A DNA stretch of 64,000 nt from Anaerolineae bacterium (GTDB lineage Bacteria; Chloroflexota; Anaerolineae; Aggregatilineales; Phototrophicaceae): NCBI GenBank assembly GCA_020849765.1, contig JADLAY010000017.1, positions 44,906-108,905 on the forward strand, read 5' to 3'. The position numbers were made by a program, and so were the translations under genes. The notes below the pieces were generated by a model. The model was not told the origin of the DNA and ran no database searches. It saw nothing but the letters and a program-made list of their open reading frames with translations. Shown one piece after another: positions 8,289 through 18,094 of this stretch. Position 1 is the first letter of the stretch, and the number at the start of each line of letters is the position of its first letter.

Positions 8289-9500
8289 ATGGTTCCACAA
8301 CGAAAGTCGCTACACATGCGGGCTCGCAAGGTTGACTACACGGCTGTCTTGATCGCTTATTTCAGTTTCATTGTGCTGGGGATGCCCGGCGCGCTGCTCG
8401 GTATCGTCTGGTCGCCGCACATGCGCGAGACGTTCGCGCTCGACCTGGACGGGGTCGCGGCACTCTATGCCACCGTCAGCATCGGTTATTTCGTCGCCAG
8501 TTTCATCAGCGGGCGCCTGTTCTCACGCTACAACATCGGCCTGCTGCTGACCGGGGGCTGCGCGATTGCGGCCATCGCCTTTACCGGGTATGCCCTGGCA
8601 TCGACATGGGGACTGGTCGTGGCGATCGGGTTTGCGGCAGGCTTCGGCGTCGGCATCCTCGACGGCGGCATGAATATCTACTTCGCCGCGCATTTCGATT
8701 CACGCCTGATGAACTGGCTGCATGCCTCGTTCGGCATCGGCGCGACGCTGGCGCCGTTCATCATCAACATCGTGCTGATCAACAACGGCTCCTGGCGCAT
8801 CGGCTACTGGATGATCGCCGGGTTGTACGTGCTGGTCGCCATCCTCTACTTCGTCACGCGCGCGCGCTGGCTGCCGCTCGATGGCGTGGTTGACCAGGCG
8901 AAAGCACGCAAAGGGACGCCCGTTCGGGATACGCTGCGGCTGCCGATCGTCTGGGTCGGGATCATCTTTTTCGTCCTGTTCGCCGGTCTGGAATCGAGTA
9001 CCGGCCAGTGGAGCAAGACGATTTTCAACGAGTCGCGCGGCGTCCCGGAGACCATCGCCAGCAACTGGGTCGGGCTTTACTGGCTCAGTTTCACCATCGG
9101 GCGCATCTTCTTCGGCTTCATCGTGACGCGCGTCGAAGCCAGCCGCCTGATTCGCATCTGCATGTTCGGGGCGTTGGCCGGGCTGGCCCTGTTCGTCTGG
9201 AATCCATTCCTGGAAAGCGGTCTGCTGGCGGTGGCGCTGTTCGGCTTCATGCTCGGCCCGATCTTCGCCATGATGGTGACGGCGACTCAGGAACGCCTGG
9301 GCGGCACGCATGCAGCCAATGCCATCGGCTTCCAGGTCGCCTCGTCGACGATCGGCATTGGCCTGATGCCGGGTCTGCTCGGCGTGGCGGGCGTCACCTT
9401 TGGCCTGGAGAGCATCACGGTCGCGCTGCTGGTCGTGCTGCTGATCATGACGGTCCTCTACGAACTATGGGGGCGGATGCCGGTGCGCATCGCCGCGTAG
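8289..9500 (+). CDS. MFS transporter
   Basis: 403 aa, 12 TM-like segments. MFS-like loop motif GRLFSRYNIG between TM2 and TM3. An alternative start at 8316 is possible. Confidence 0.8.
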   Translation: MVPQRKSLHMRARKVDYTAVLIAYFSFIVLGMPGALLGIVWSPHMRETFALDLDGVAALYATVSIGYFVASFISGRLFSRYNIGLLLTGGCAIAAIAFTGYALASTWGLVVAIGFAAGFGVGILDGGMNIYFAAHFDSRLMNWLHASFGIGATLAPFIINIVLINNGSWRIGYWMIAGLYVLVAILYFVTRARWLPLDGVVDQAKARKGTPVRDTLRLPIVWVGIIFFVLFAGLESSTGQWSKTIFNESRGVPETIASNWVGLYWLSFTIGRIFFGFIVTRVEASRLIRICMFGALAGLALFVWNPFLESGLLAVALFGFMLGPIFAMMVTATQERLGGTHAANAIGFQVASSTIGIGLMPGLLGVAGVTFGLESITVALLVVLLIMTVLYELWGRMPVRIAA

Positions 9501-9516
9501 CGTGGGTCAAGAATCA

Positions 9517-9545
9517 GAGGAGCAGCCTCTGGAATGCTGCTCCTC
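9517..9545 (+). terminator. hairpin after MFS gene (GAGGAGCAGC-loop-GCTGCTCCTC)
   Basis: 10-bp perfect stem immediately 3' of the stop at 9500. Confidence 0.5.
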
Positions 9546-9648
9546 AAACGTGCTATCGCTTCAGGTCGGCTGTTACGATATCCGGTCGCTCTCACCGCCA
9601 CTGCTCACAGCCGATGTAAATTCACAGTCTGTTCACCCAGACGTCGGC

Positions 9649-11004
9649 TTATGGAAGCCCCAACCCTCCTGGCAATCCGCCGCCACCGCCGCCCGTCACA
9701 TTGTTGACCACGTCGTTGACGTTTTCGACCACCGGGTCGACGACGCCACCCGTATCGCCGCCGGTCGTCTCATTCACGGTTTCGACGACCGGATCCACTA
9801 CGCCGCTGGTGCCGCCGGTATCCGCGGAATTGAGCACGTCGTTGACCGTATCGACCACCGGGTCGACGACGCCGCCCGTATCGCCGCCGGTCGCGTCATT
9901 CACCGCGTTGACGACCGGATCAATCACGCCGCTGGTGCCACCGCCCGTGCCCGTGGAGTTGAGCACGTCGTTGACCGTATCGACCACCGGGTCGACGACG
10001 CCGGTCGTATCGCTGCCGGTCACGCCATTCACGGTGTCCTGAACGCCGTTGACGATCGGGTCGATGACATTGCCCGCGCTATCGACGACCGGGTAGACGA
10101 TGTTGCCTGCGCTATCCACAACCGGCTCGATGATGTTGCCCGCGCTGTCGACCACAGGCTCGATCAGGCCGATATCGACGATGCTCGGATCGATGGTCGA
10201 GACGACGCCGGTGATCAGGTCGATGAGCGAGTCGGTATCGCTGATAGTGTCGTCGACGATAGTCACGACCGGAACATCCGAGCAATCACCGCCGACGGTC
10301 ACGTCTGAGACGGAGATGAGGCCGGTCGTGCCGTTATCATTGATCAGCAGCAGATCGCCCGTATCGACGCTGCCGACGACGGCCACAGGCGCTTCCGTGC
10401 CGACGGCAATCGCCGAACCGCCGCCTGAACTCGTCTGGATCGAGACGCCCGTCCCACCATTAGAACCCGCCAGGCACGACGTACTGGTCAGGTCGATGCC
10501 ACCCTCGATCAGCAGCGAGCCGTCGGCGGTCGTCGCCATCGAGGCCAGCAGGTCGAAGTTCTCTTCTGAGCAGGCAATGTCATTCGGATCGCCGGTCATC
10601 AGCATGAGGCCGTACCACTGCGCCTGCTGCGGATTCTGCGCCACGACATTCAACACATAGTTGGCACTACCGGGCACGATGCGCAGGCACATACCGCTGA
10701 CGCCGAGCTTCGCCATCATGACGTTCTCCAGCGTCAACTGGTCTGAGATGATGACGTTGAGCGGGTCCTGGTAGTCCTGGCTGGCCGCCATCACGTAAAT
10801 CGTCTGATTATTGAGCGCAGAGAAACGATACTGGTTGGACATCTGCGCGCCATTTACGTATTCCTGAACAATCTGGCCAAAGGGCAATACTGTGGGTACA
10901 GTCTGCGCGCCAGCGGGCTGAGCCAACAGCAGACTTACGAGCGATAGCATAATGAGAGCGACGAGGTAAGGTTTTTGGAGCCGCATACTGTCACTATCCT
11001 TCAA
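9649..11004 (-). CDS. secreted repeat protein (signal peptide, C-terminal tandem VVDPVVDTVNDVLN-type repeats)
   Basis: Signal peptide MRLQKPYLVALIMLSLVSLLLAQPAGAQ. The C-terminal half is built from tandem ~40-aa repeats encoded by ~120-bp DNA repeats. GGAGGA-TTAA-TTG start at 11004 or AAGGA-ATG at 10986. AT-rich upstream region. Confidence 0.7.
   Translation of the reverse strand: MKDSDSMRLQKPYLVALIMLSLVSLLLAQPAGAQTVPTVLPFGQIVQEYVNGAQMSNQYRFSALNNQTIYVMAASQDYQDPLNVIISDQLTLENVMMAKLGVSGMCLRIVPGSANYVLNVVAQNPQQAQWYGLMLMTGDPNDIACSEENFDLLASMATTADGSLLIEGGIDLTSTSCLAGSNGGTGVSIQTSSGGGSAIAVGTEAPVAVVGSVDTGDLLLINDNGTTGLISVSDVTVGGDCSDVPVVTIVDDTISDTDSLIDLITGVVSTIDPSIVDIGLIEPVVDSAGNIIEPVVDSAGNIVYPVVDSAGNVIDPIVNGVQDTVNGVTGSDTTGVVDPVVDTVNDVLNSTGTGGGTSGVIDPVVNAVNDATGGDTGGVVDPVVDTVNDVLNSADTGGTSGVVDPVVETVNETTGGDTGGVVDPVVENVNDVVNNVTGGGGGGLPGGLGLP
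9690..10060 (-). repeat. tandem ~120-bp coding repeats within the secreted repeat-protein gene
   Basis: Units such as gtcgttgaccgtatcgaccaccgggtcgacgacgcc...ggagttgagcac repeat at least three times. Approximate bounds. Confidence 0.6.
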
Positions 11005-11326
11005 TTAATCCTCCGATAATCTCAACATAAGGTGTCAACCGGACTTTATGACTAAAGGAAGAATTTGTGAATATATGCGCGAGATTTACATTCTTCACAG
11101 ATGGTTGATAGTGCAGACGTTCCGACGCTCAAATGCGCAAGCGCAGGTTGTCTCAAGGGTTCTTTAGGAAAACCTCAAGGGTCACTAGTAGCTAATATAA
11201 ACGACCTTGAAGCCCGATCTGCGGCTCCTGGGGGGATATTTGCTGCATAAATTCGTTGAAAAGTCGCTGGAAATGCATCTTCTGAGGCTCGGTTATTGCC
11301 TGACCAGCGCATTGCAGGCACTAGAG

Positions 11327-12199
11327 CTAACCCGATTCGTCGACGCCGTGGACGATGCCATCACGTTCGAACTCGATCCAGTAGTGATCGGCGAAGGCCG
11401 CCAGCGCGGGGATGCGCCCGATGCGATCGTCGAGCGCAGTGAGTACACGCAGCAACGGAGGGCGCCGCTCGATCACGCCATAGATGTCGCTCGGCGGCAG
11501 CCACAGGCCGAGCGGCTCGACGCGCGTCCGCCGGAACCACGGCGCGAAATCACGTGCCAACTTGCCGGGGGATGGGTAGAAGATGGCGGGGGCGGACAGG
11601 GCACGCCCTGTCCCTACAGGCAGGTCGTGATTTGTAGGGACGTCATGCTTGGCGTCCGCCGTCGTGCGCTTGCCTTCGAAGGTCGTCCCACCGCCCCAGC
11701 GCCGGAAAGCGACGTCGAATTCACCGTGCAGCGCATGCCAGCCGATCTCCCACAGGCACAGCGGCGGCATGACGCCGAAGGCCGCCCGCCCGCCCGGCGC
11801 CACGATCGTCGCCAGCCACGCCGCGAGAGGCTGCCAGCCGCTCAGGCAGTTGAGCACACCGAAGTTGGCGAAGACGAGATCGACCTTCTCCTCCGCCGGA
11901 TATGGATTCAAGTCGCTAAGGTCAAGATGTTCGACGCGCACGTTGGCATACCCGGCCAGCTTGGTGCGGGCGGCATCGAGCATCGCTTCGCTGGCGTCGG
12001 TCGCGATCACATGGACGCCGCGCCGGGCCAGATGCAGCGCATCCTCGCCCGTGCCGCAGCCGAGTTCGAGCGCCGTCTCGCCGGGCGCGATCAGCCGATC
12101 CAGCCGTGCGTGGACGCGTTCGCGCAGGTGACGCGCGATCGGCGAGTCCGTGAAGTCGGCGTCATAGGTCGGCGCGAGCGAGTCGAAAGCTGCAGGCAT
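11327..12199 (-). CDS. class I SAM-dependent methyltransferase
   Basis: SAM-binding motif ALELGCGTGEDA, DASEAML motif. Contains an in-frame copy of the 28-bp REP-like palindrome. Follows the radical SAM gene with a 6-bp gap. Confidence 0.85.
   Translation of the reverse strand: MPAAFDSLAPTYDADFTDSPIARHLRERVHARLDRLIAPGETALELGCGTGEDALHLARRGVHVIATDASEAMLDAARTKLAGYANVRVEHLDLSDLNPYPAEEKVDLVFANFGVLNCLSGWQPLAAWLATIVAPGGRAAFGVMPPLCLWEIGWHALHGEFDVAFRRWGGGTTFEGKRTTADAKHDVPTNHDLPVGTGRALSAPAIFYPSPGKLARDFAPWFRRTRVEPLGLWLPPSDIYGVIERRPPLLRVLTALDDRIGRIPALAAFADHYWIEFERDGIVHGVDESG
11591..11619. repeat. REP-like 28-bp palindrome (GCGGACAGGGCACGCCCTGTCCCTAC), copy in methyltransferase ORF
   Basis: Stem GGACAGGGC/GCCCTGTCC with ACG loop. 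28-bp identity with the 39079..39107 copy. Confidence 0.75.
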
Positions 12200-12205
12200 T
12201 GCGCC

Positions 12206-13702
12206 TCAGTCGACCAACCCGCCAACGATCACGGGCGGCGAGGCGGGCGGCAGCAGCGCCAGCCGGTCGAGTTCGGCGCGGGCGGCGGGCAGCGTCAGCG
12301 TGTGGTAGATCATGGCGGCGGTCTGGCGCAGCAGGCCGGGCGAAAGCTGGCGTGGATCGCGCAGCACGTCGCGCAGGGCGGCGCTCGTCTTGCGCGCGCG
12401 GTACTCCTTATGCACGACCGTGTGTAGTTGGCGGTAGAACTCGGTGCGATACGGCCCCTGGTAGAGCATGGCCAGGTCGGCGCTGTCGATCCAGTTGGCG
12501 CGCACGCCCAGCTCGTGCTTAACGTCCTCGTAGAACTTCGTCCCCGGCAGCGGATAGCTGACGCTGATGCCGATGTCGTCCGGCAGCAAGTCGCGCACCA
12601 TCTTGAGCGTCAGCTCGATGTCCTCGCGCGTCTCGCCGGGATAGCCGAACTGCAGGAAGAAGGCGACCTTGACGCCATGCGCGTGCAGTTGGCGCGTCGC
12701 CTCGTAGATCTGCTCGACGGTCGTGCCCTTGTCCATCGCGTCCAGGATCTTCTGCGAGCCGCTCTCGGCGCCGACCCAGACGATTTTCGCGCCCGCCCGC
12801 GCCAGCGCCGGGATGGTGCGCCCGCGCAGCAGCAGATCGACGCGATTGAGGCTCTTGAACGGGATGTGCACGTTTGCCGCGTCGAGTTGGTCGGCGAACT
12901 GCTCGATCCAGCGATCCTGAATGCCCATGATGTCGTCCATGAACCAGATGTGATCCGGCGCGAAGTTCTCCTGCAGCCAGCGCATTTCGGCGACGACGTT
13001 CTCCGGGCTGCGCACGTGATAGCGCTGGCCCCAGATCGGCTTGGCGCACCAGTTGCAGTGGAAGGGACAGCCGCGCGTCGTCACCAGGTTCATGCTGTAG
13101 TAGCCGTGGTGTTCGCGCCAGATGCGGGCGTACTTGTCGCGGTCGACCAGATCCCAGGCCGGGAACGGCAGCGAGTCGAGATCGGCGATCACGGGGCGCG
13201 GCAGCGTGCGCACGACCGTATCCGCACCGTCCAGGTAGGCGATGCCTGGCACGTCGGGCATTTCCGCACGGCCTAGCTGGTCGATCAGCTCCGGCAGCGT
13301 CGCGTCACCCTCACCGAGGATGACGGCATCCGCCCCAGCGTGCAGATAGGCGCCCGGATGATCGCTCGCATCCGATCCGCAAGCGATGACGACGCAGCCG
13401 CGCGCCTTGGCCATGCCGATCATTTCGAGCGCTGCCTCACGCATGCGCAGCAGGCTCATCTTGCTCAGGTAGTTGAAGTTGTCCTCGTAGATGACGGCGT
13501 AGCGCGGCTGATGCTGGGTCAGCGCGGCGTCCCATTCGCCCGTGCCCTCGCTGAGCATCGCGTCGAACAGCGCCACCTTGTAGCCGCGTTCACGCATGAC
13601 CGCCGCCGCGTAGAGCGTGCCGAGCGGCGGGTAGGGCTGCATCGCCTCGTAGAGCTTGGGGTCGAAGCGGAGGAAGTAGGATTGACCAAACAGGATGTCC
13701 AT
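12206..13702 (-). CDS. B12-binding domain-containing radical SAM protein (class B radical SAM)
   Basis: N-terminal cobalamin-binding-like domain, then CPFHCNWC (CxxxCxxC) radical SAM cluster motif. 498 aa. Confidence 0.9.
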   Translation of the reverse strand: MDILFGQSYFLRFDPKLYEAMQPYPPLGTLYAAAVMRERGYKVALFDAMLSEGTGEWDAALTQHQPRYAVIYEDNFNYLSKMSLLRMREAALEMIGMAKARGCVVIACGSDASDHPGAYLHAGADAVILGEGDATLPELIDQLGRAEMPDVPGIAYLDGADTVVRTLPRPVIADLDSLPFPAWDLVDRDKYARIWREHHGYYSMNLVTTRGCPFHCNWCAKPIWGQRYHVRSPENVVAEMRWLQENFAPDHIWFMDDIMGIQDRWIEQFADQLDAANVHIPFKSLNRVDLLLRGRTIPALARAGAKIVWVGAESGSQKILDAMDKGTTVEQIYEATRQLHAHGVKVAFFLQFGYPGETREDIELTLKMVRDLLPDDIGISVSYPLPGTKFYEDVKHELGVRANWIDSADLAMLYQGPYRTEFYRQLHTVVHKEYRARKTSAALRDVLRDPRQLSPGLLRQTAAMIYHTLTLPAARAELDRLALLPPASPPVIVGGLVD

Positions 13703-13973
13703 CGGCGGTCGGCTTTCGGCTATCCGCTGTCAGCCCTTCAATTGAACCGCAGCCTGCTCCCCCGCGCAAGCGCGAGCCGAAACGAAGGGAAAACTTATGA
13801 ACCACGGAGAGCACAAAGGGGAGATTCTTTGTGTCCTTTGCGCCTTTGCGGTTCAACATCCTCGTTCATTCCCATGATTCCTCGATACTCCCCACGCAGA
13901 GGTCTGCCTTACAATGAATATTATCGTGCAAAAAGATTGCTTCTGTCGTGCAGCCACGGAGGACGTCCAGCTC

Positions 13974-15467
13974 ATGAAACGTACTATCTTTGTGGGCATT
14001 CTTGCATCGCTTTTGCTGACGGTCGCGCCCGCCCTCGCCCAGATGCCCTTCGCCGGGCAGACGGTGATCGTGGCGACGCAGTCCGGCACCTCGATCGGCG
14101 GCCCCGTCATCGACTACCGGGAAGCCTGGGAAGCGAAAACGGGCGGTTTCGTCGAGATCATCCAGGTCCCCTTCGGGGAGTTGTTCGACACGATCATGAC
14201 CGATTTCAACGGCGAAGAGAGCGAGATCGACGTCATCATCTACGCGTCGGATTGGTCGGGTGACATCATGGGCGGCGGCCACGTGCTGCCGATCCCGGAC
14301 TCGATCAAGGAGCAAATCGATTGGGGCGACATCCTGCCGCTTTACCGCGAGCGGATCGCCGATTGGGGCGGCGTCACCTATGCGCTCCCGTTCGACGGCG
14401 ACTCGCACATGCTCTATTACCGCAAGGATCTCGTCAGCGCGGATTCGCCATTCGCCGCCGAGTTCGAATCGACCTATGGCTACCCGCTCGGCGAGCCGCA
14501 AACGTGGGCGCAATATGCGGACGTCGCCCAGTTCTTCAACGGGCGCGACGTCGAGACCGCCGGGCTGACCGCGCCGATCTTCGGCGTGATCGAGGCGCAG
14601 AAACCGGCGGCCCAGAGCTACTGGTTCCTGATGACGCGCGCCGCCGGCTATGCCAAAGTCCCCGGCGACCCGTGCTTCTTCTTCACCTGTACTGATGACG
14701 CGCCGATGCAGCCGCTGGTCAATACGCCCGGCTGGGTGCGCGGCCTCCAGGATTGGATCGACGTCAGCCCCTACGGCCCGCCGAACATGATCGAGTCGGA
14801 CGTGACGGCTGTCCGCCGCCTGTTCCCGTCCGGCCAGGCTGTGCTGGCACTCGATTGGGGCGACGTCGGCCCGCTGACGGTCGATTCGGCCCGCTCGTCG
14901 GTCAAGGATCTGGCGGGCTTCGGCGTGCTGCCGGGCGGCGACCAGTATTGGGACCCGTCGCTCAACAATGGCGCGGGAGATTGGGTCTCGCCGGAAGGCG
15001 GCGTCAACCGCGCGCCCTTCATCGCCTTCGGCGGCTGGGTGATCTCGGTCTCGGCACGCAGTGACGTGGCCGACGCCGCGCTCGACTTCGCCGCCTACAT
15101 GGCGGATAAGGATCTGGCGGGCGTGCTGGCGACGACCGGCGGCACCGGCGTCAATCCGCTGCGTGCCAGCCAGTTCGATAACATCGACCTCTGGATCAAC
15201 GCCGGGTTCAGCGAAGAATCGGCGCAGGAATATCTCGACGCCGTGCGCGCGACGATCGCCGATCCGAATGCCGTGCTCGACCTGCGCATCCCCGGCGCTG
15301 CCGAGTACTTCGCCGCCCTCGACGACGAGATCCACCATGCGCTGCTTGGCGAGGTGACGGCGCAGGAGGCGCTCGACGCGGTCGCCGCCGAGTGGGACGC
15401 GATCACCGACCGCTTTGGGCGCGACGAGCAGTTGACGCTCTACCGCCAGTCACTGGGGTTGGAGTGA
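13974..15467 (+). CDS. ABC transporter substrate-binding protein (family 1, sugar-type), secreted
   Basis: Start MKRTIFVGILASLLLTVAPALAQ (signal peptide). Large periplasmic-binding-protein-like sequence. No permease or ATPase gene adjacent. Confidence 0.85.
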   Translation: MKRTIFVGILASLLLTVAPALAQMPFAGQTVIVATQSGTSIGGPVIDYREAWEAKTGGFVEIIQVPFGELFDTIMTDFNGEESEIDVIIYASDWSGDIMGGGHVLPIPDSIKEQIDWGDILPLYRERIADWGGVTYALPFDGDSHMLYYRKDLVSADSPFAAEFESTYGYPLGEPQTWAQYADVAQFFNGRDVETAGLTAPIFGVIEAQKPAAQSYWFLMTRAAGYAKVPGDPCFFFTCTDDAPMQPLVNTPGWVRGLQDWIDVSPYGPPNMIESDVTAVRRLFPSGQAVLALDWGDVGPLTVDSARSSVKDLAGFGVLPGGDQYWDPSLNNGAGDWVSPEGGVNRAPFIAFGGWVISVSARSDVADAALDFAAYMADKDLAGVLATTGGTGVNPLRASQFDNIDLWINAGFSEESAQEYLDAVRATIADPNAVLDLRIPGAAEYFAALDDEIHHALLGEVTAQEALDAVAAEWDAITDRFGRDEQLTLYRQSLGLE

Positions 15468-15510
15468 GCCAAGACCTACATACGAATCCAACGGTTATTC
15501 ACTGCACATT

Positions 15511-15530
15511 GGGCGCATCACGATGCGCCC
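15511..15530 (+). terminator. hairpin after the substrate-binding-protein gene
   Basis: GGGCGCATC-ACG-GATGCGCCC followed by CTACTTGGCATTTGG. Confidence 0.5.
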
Positions 15531-15606
15531 CTACTTGGCATTTGGCTGTTGGTGGGTCAGAATGGCCTGCCAATAGCCGATCATTGCAACTGCCAAGAGC
15601 CAGCTC

Positions 15607-16797
15607 ATGACTGAACGCCTTTACTACGATGACTCGTACACCCATTCGTTCACGGCCACCATCACCGAGACATTGACCCACGACGGACACACCGCCGTCG
15701 TGCTCGAACGCACCTATTTCTACCCGACCGGCGGCGGCCAGCCCCATGACACCGGCACCATCGGCGGCGTACGCGTGCTCGACGTGTTCACACGCCCGGA
15801 GGACAAGGCCGTCGTCCACGTGCTCGACGGCGAGGCGGCGGGCGAGGTCAGCTGCGAAATCGACTGGGCGCGCCGCTTCGATCACATGCAGCAGCACACC
15901 GGCCAGCACATTCTCACCCAGGCGTTCGTCCAGACTGCGGGTACGTCCACCGTCGGCTTCCACCTGAGCGAGAACAGCGTCACCATCGACCTCGACGCAG
16001 AAGCGCTGACCCCGGAACAAATCGCCACTGCCGAGTCTCTGGCAAATCAAATCGTCTACAAAGACCGCCGGGTGACGACTCGCCTGATCGACCCGGAGGC
16101 CGCCGAGGGCGTACGCATGCGCCGCGTACCAGAGGCGCTGGCGACCAATGGTCTGCGCGTGGTCGAGGTAGAGGATTTCGATTCGACGGCCTGTGGCGGT
16201 ACACACGTCGCGCGTACGGGGCAGATCGGCGCGATCAAGGTCGTCGGGCTGGAGCGCTACAAAGGTGGCCAGCGCATCGAGTTCCGCTGCGGCTGGCGGG
16301 CACTCCACGACTACGACCTGCGCATCGGCGTGACGGGCCAGTTGACGAGCGCCCTGACCTGCGGCCTGGTCGATCTCCCGGCGGCGGTCGAACGCCTACA
16401 AAACACGAACCGCGACCGTGAGCGGACGATCAAGACGCTGCAAGAGCGGCTAATCGAATACGAGGCGGTCGATCTGCTGGCGAATGCGCAAGAGCGCGAC
16501 GGCGCGCGCTGGATCATCGCCGCCTTCGACGACCGGGATGCGGCGGCACTGCGCTGGCTGGCCGGGCGGCTCGTGCAGGAGCCAGGCGTGATCGTGCTGC
16601 TCGGCATCGGCGGTGAGAAGACGCACGTCATCTGCGCGCGCAGTGCGGAGCTGACGCAGGACATGAACGCAATGTTGCAGACGGCGTTAGCGCCGTTCGG
16701 GGGACGCGGCGGCGGTAAACCGGCGCAGGCGCAGGGTGGCGGCGAAGGAGCATCACGCGATCAGGTGCAGGCGGCGCTGGAAGCCGCGGCGGGCTGA
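15607..16797 (+). CDS. AlaX-type alanyl-tRNA editing protein (Ser-tRNA(Ala) deacylase-like)
   Basis: HxxxH zinc motif (HTGQHIL) and CGGTHV motif of the AlaRS editing/second-additional domain. 396 aa with C-terminal extension. Confidence 0.85.
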   Translation: MTERLYYDDSYTHSFTATITETLTHDGHTAVVLERTYFYPTGGGQPHDTGTIGGVRVLDVFTRPEDKAVVHVLDGEAAGEVSCEIDWARRFDHMQQHTGQHILTQAFVQTAGTSTVGFHLSENSVTIDLDAEALTPEQIATAESLANQIVYKDRRVTTRLIDPEAAEGVRMRRVPEALATNGLRVVEVEDFDSTACGGTHVARTGQIGAIKVVGLERYKGGQRIEFRCGWRALHDYDLRIGVTGQLTSALTCGLVDLPAAVERLQNTNRDRERTIKTLQERLIEYEAVDLLANAQERDGARWIIAAFDDRDAAALRWLAGRLVQEPGVIVLLGIGGEKTHVICARSAELTQDMNAMLQTALAPFGGRGGGKPAQAQGGGEGASRDQVQAALEAAAG

Positions 16798-16816
16798 GAG
16801 AATTCACACAAATTGT

Positions 16817-16840
16817 ACGGGCGGGATATATCCCGCCCGT
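16817..16840. terminator. bidirectional hairpin between convergent AlaX and cyclophilin genes
   Basis: ACGGGCGGGAT-AT-ATCCCGCCCGT. Confidence 0.55.
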
Positions 16841-16852
16841 GCATTGTTCCGC

Positions 16853-18094
16853 CTAGAGTTCCGCGGCGAAGATGTCCGACAGCAGCGCTTCGTAGAGCTG
16901 AGCGCCGACGAAGCGCGTCAGCCACAATTCCGGCCCGGACTCCTGATCGGCGGGGATGATGACCTCCGCCGTGGCGACGAAACGCCCGCGCTGCAAGTGA
17001 GTGAACGCGTGCGTGGCGTCCACATCACAGACGGTCTCGCTGCGCGTGTAGAGTGGGTACTTGAGCAGCACCGGGTTGCTCGGCGTGTAGCCATCGGCCT
17101 CGGCCAGCGTGTCCAGATAGCCATCGGTGATGGCGGCGTGCGCATCCGCGGCGCTCGCGTACGCATCGACCGTGTAGGCGACCTGCATGAACGGCAGTTG
17201 GCTCAGGTCACAGGTGGTCGTCTCAATTGAGTTGGCAACGCGATAGGCGTGATTGTGCGCAGCCAGGAAGTCGGCAAAGGCCGCCTGCTCGCTCTCCGGC
17301 GCGCTGGCCGCCGTCTCCTCGGTCGTGCGGATGCCGCTGCTGGCATCATCGACGATCAGGCCTTCGGGGACGTCCGGGCGAATGACGTCCAGGGCCGCTT
17401 CCACGTCTTCCGCGGTCGTTGTCGAGGTCTCATGCGCCGGCAGATCGACCGCCACTTCAGCCGGGTCGGTCAGGATGACGACCGTTTGCAGCGTCGTGCC
17501 CGGCTCGGGGTCCGTCTCCGGGTCGCGCAGGCGGATCGCGTCGACGTTCGACTGCCCATCGACCACCTTGCCGAAAATAGTGTGCTGGTAATTGAGATGC
17601 GGCGTCGGCACGGTCGTGATGAAAAACTGGCTGCCGTTGGTGCCTGCGCCCGCGTTCGCCATCGCCAGCAGGCCGGGCGTATCGAACGTCAGGTACGGCA
17701 GCAGTTCGTCAGTGAACTGGTAGCCGGGGCCGCTGGTGCCGGTCGCGGTCGGGTCGCCGCCCTGGGCCATGAAGCCCTCGATCACGCGGTGAAAGGTCGT
17801 GTTGTTGTAATAACCGTTGTCAGCCAGGAAGACGAAGTTGTTGACGGTCAGCGGCGTGTATTCTTCGAGCAAATCAATCGTGACCGGGCCGACGTCTGTG
17901 CAGAAGACAGCGTAGTAATCCGCGTTGGCTTCGAGCACCGTTTCCGGGTTTTCGTATTCGCGCGATGCGGGATCGGCGGCGGGCACGGCTTCGGCGCAGA
18001 TGTCCGCGGGGGTGCGCGCCTCTTGGGCGGCGGCGGGCAGCGTCATCGCCAGCACGAGCGCGGCGGCGATCAGCAGGGATAAGCAGCGTTTCAT
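16853..18094 (-). CDS. peptidyl-prolyl cis-trans isomerase, cyclophilin type, secreted, with C-terminal extension
   Basis: Signal peptide. Cyclophilin core FHRVIEGFMAQGGDP...GSQFFITTV...HTIFGKVV. Confidence 0.9.
   Translation of the reverse strand: MKRCLSLLIAAALVLAMTLPAAAQEARTPADICAEAVPAADPASREYENPETVLEANADYYAVFCTDVGPVTIDLLEEYTPLTVNNFVFLADNGYYNNTTFHRVIEGFMAQGGDPTATGTSGPGYQFTDELLPYLTFDTPGLLAMANAGAGTNGSQFFITTVPTPHLNYQHTIFGKVVDGQSNVDAIRLRDPETDPEPGTTLQTVVILTDPAEVAVDLPAHETSTTTAEDVEAALDVIRPDVPEGLIVDDASSGIRTTEETAASAPESEQAAFADFLAAHNHAYRVANSIETTTCDLSQLPFMQVAYTVDAYASAADAHAAITDGYLDTLAEADGYTPSNPVLLKYPLYTRSETVCDVDATHAFTHLQRGRFVATAEVIIPADQESGPELWLTRFVGAQLYEALLSDIFAAEL

Noticed and set aside
9690-10060. 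Tandem direct repeats that superficially resemble a repeat array (possible CRISPR).
   Set aside because: Units are about 120 bp, contiguous with no unique spacers, and lie inside a continuous ORF encoding repeated protein motifs. This is a coding tandem repeat, not CRISPR.
13703-13913. Possible cobalamin riboswitch in the leader of the B12-radical-SAM gene.
   Set aside because: Only a weak partial resemblance to a B12 box (AGCCGACCGCC) near the start codon. No convincing conserved core could be recognised by eye. It needs an Infernal scan, so it is not called.
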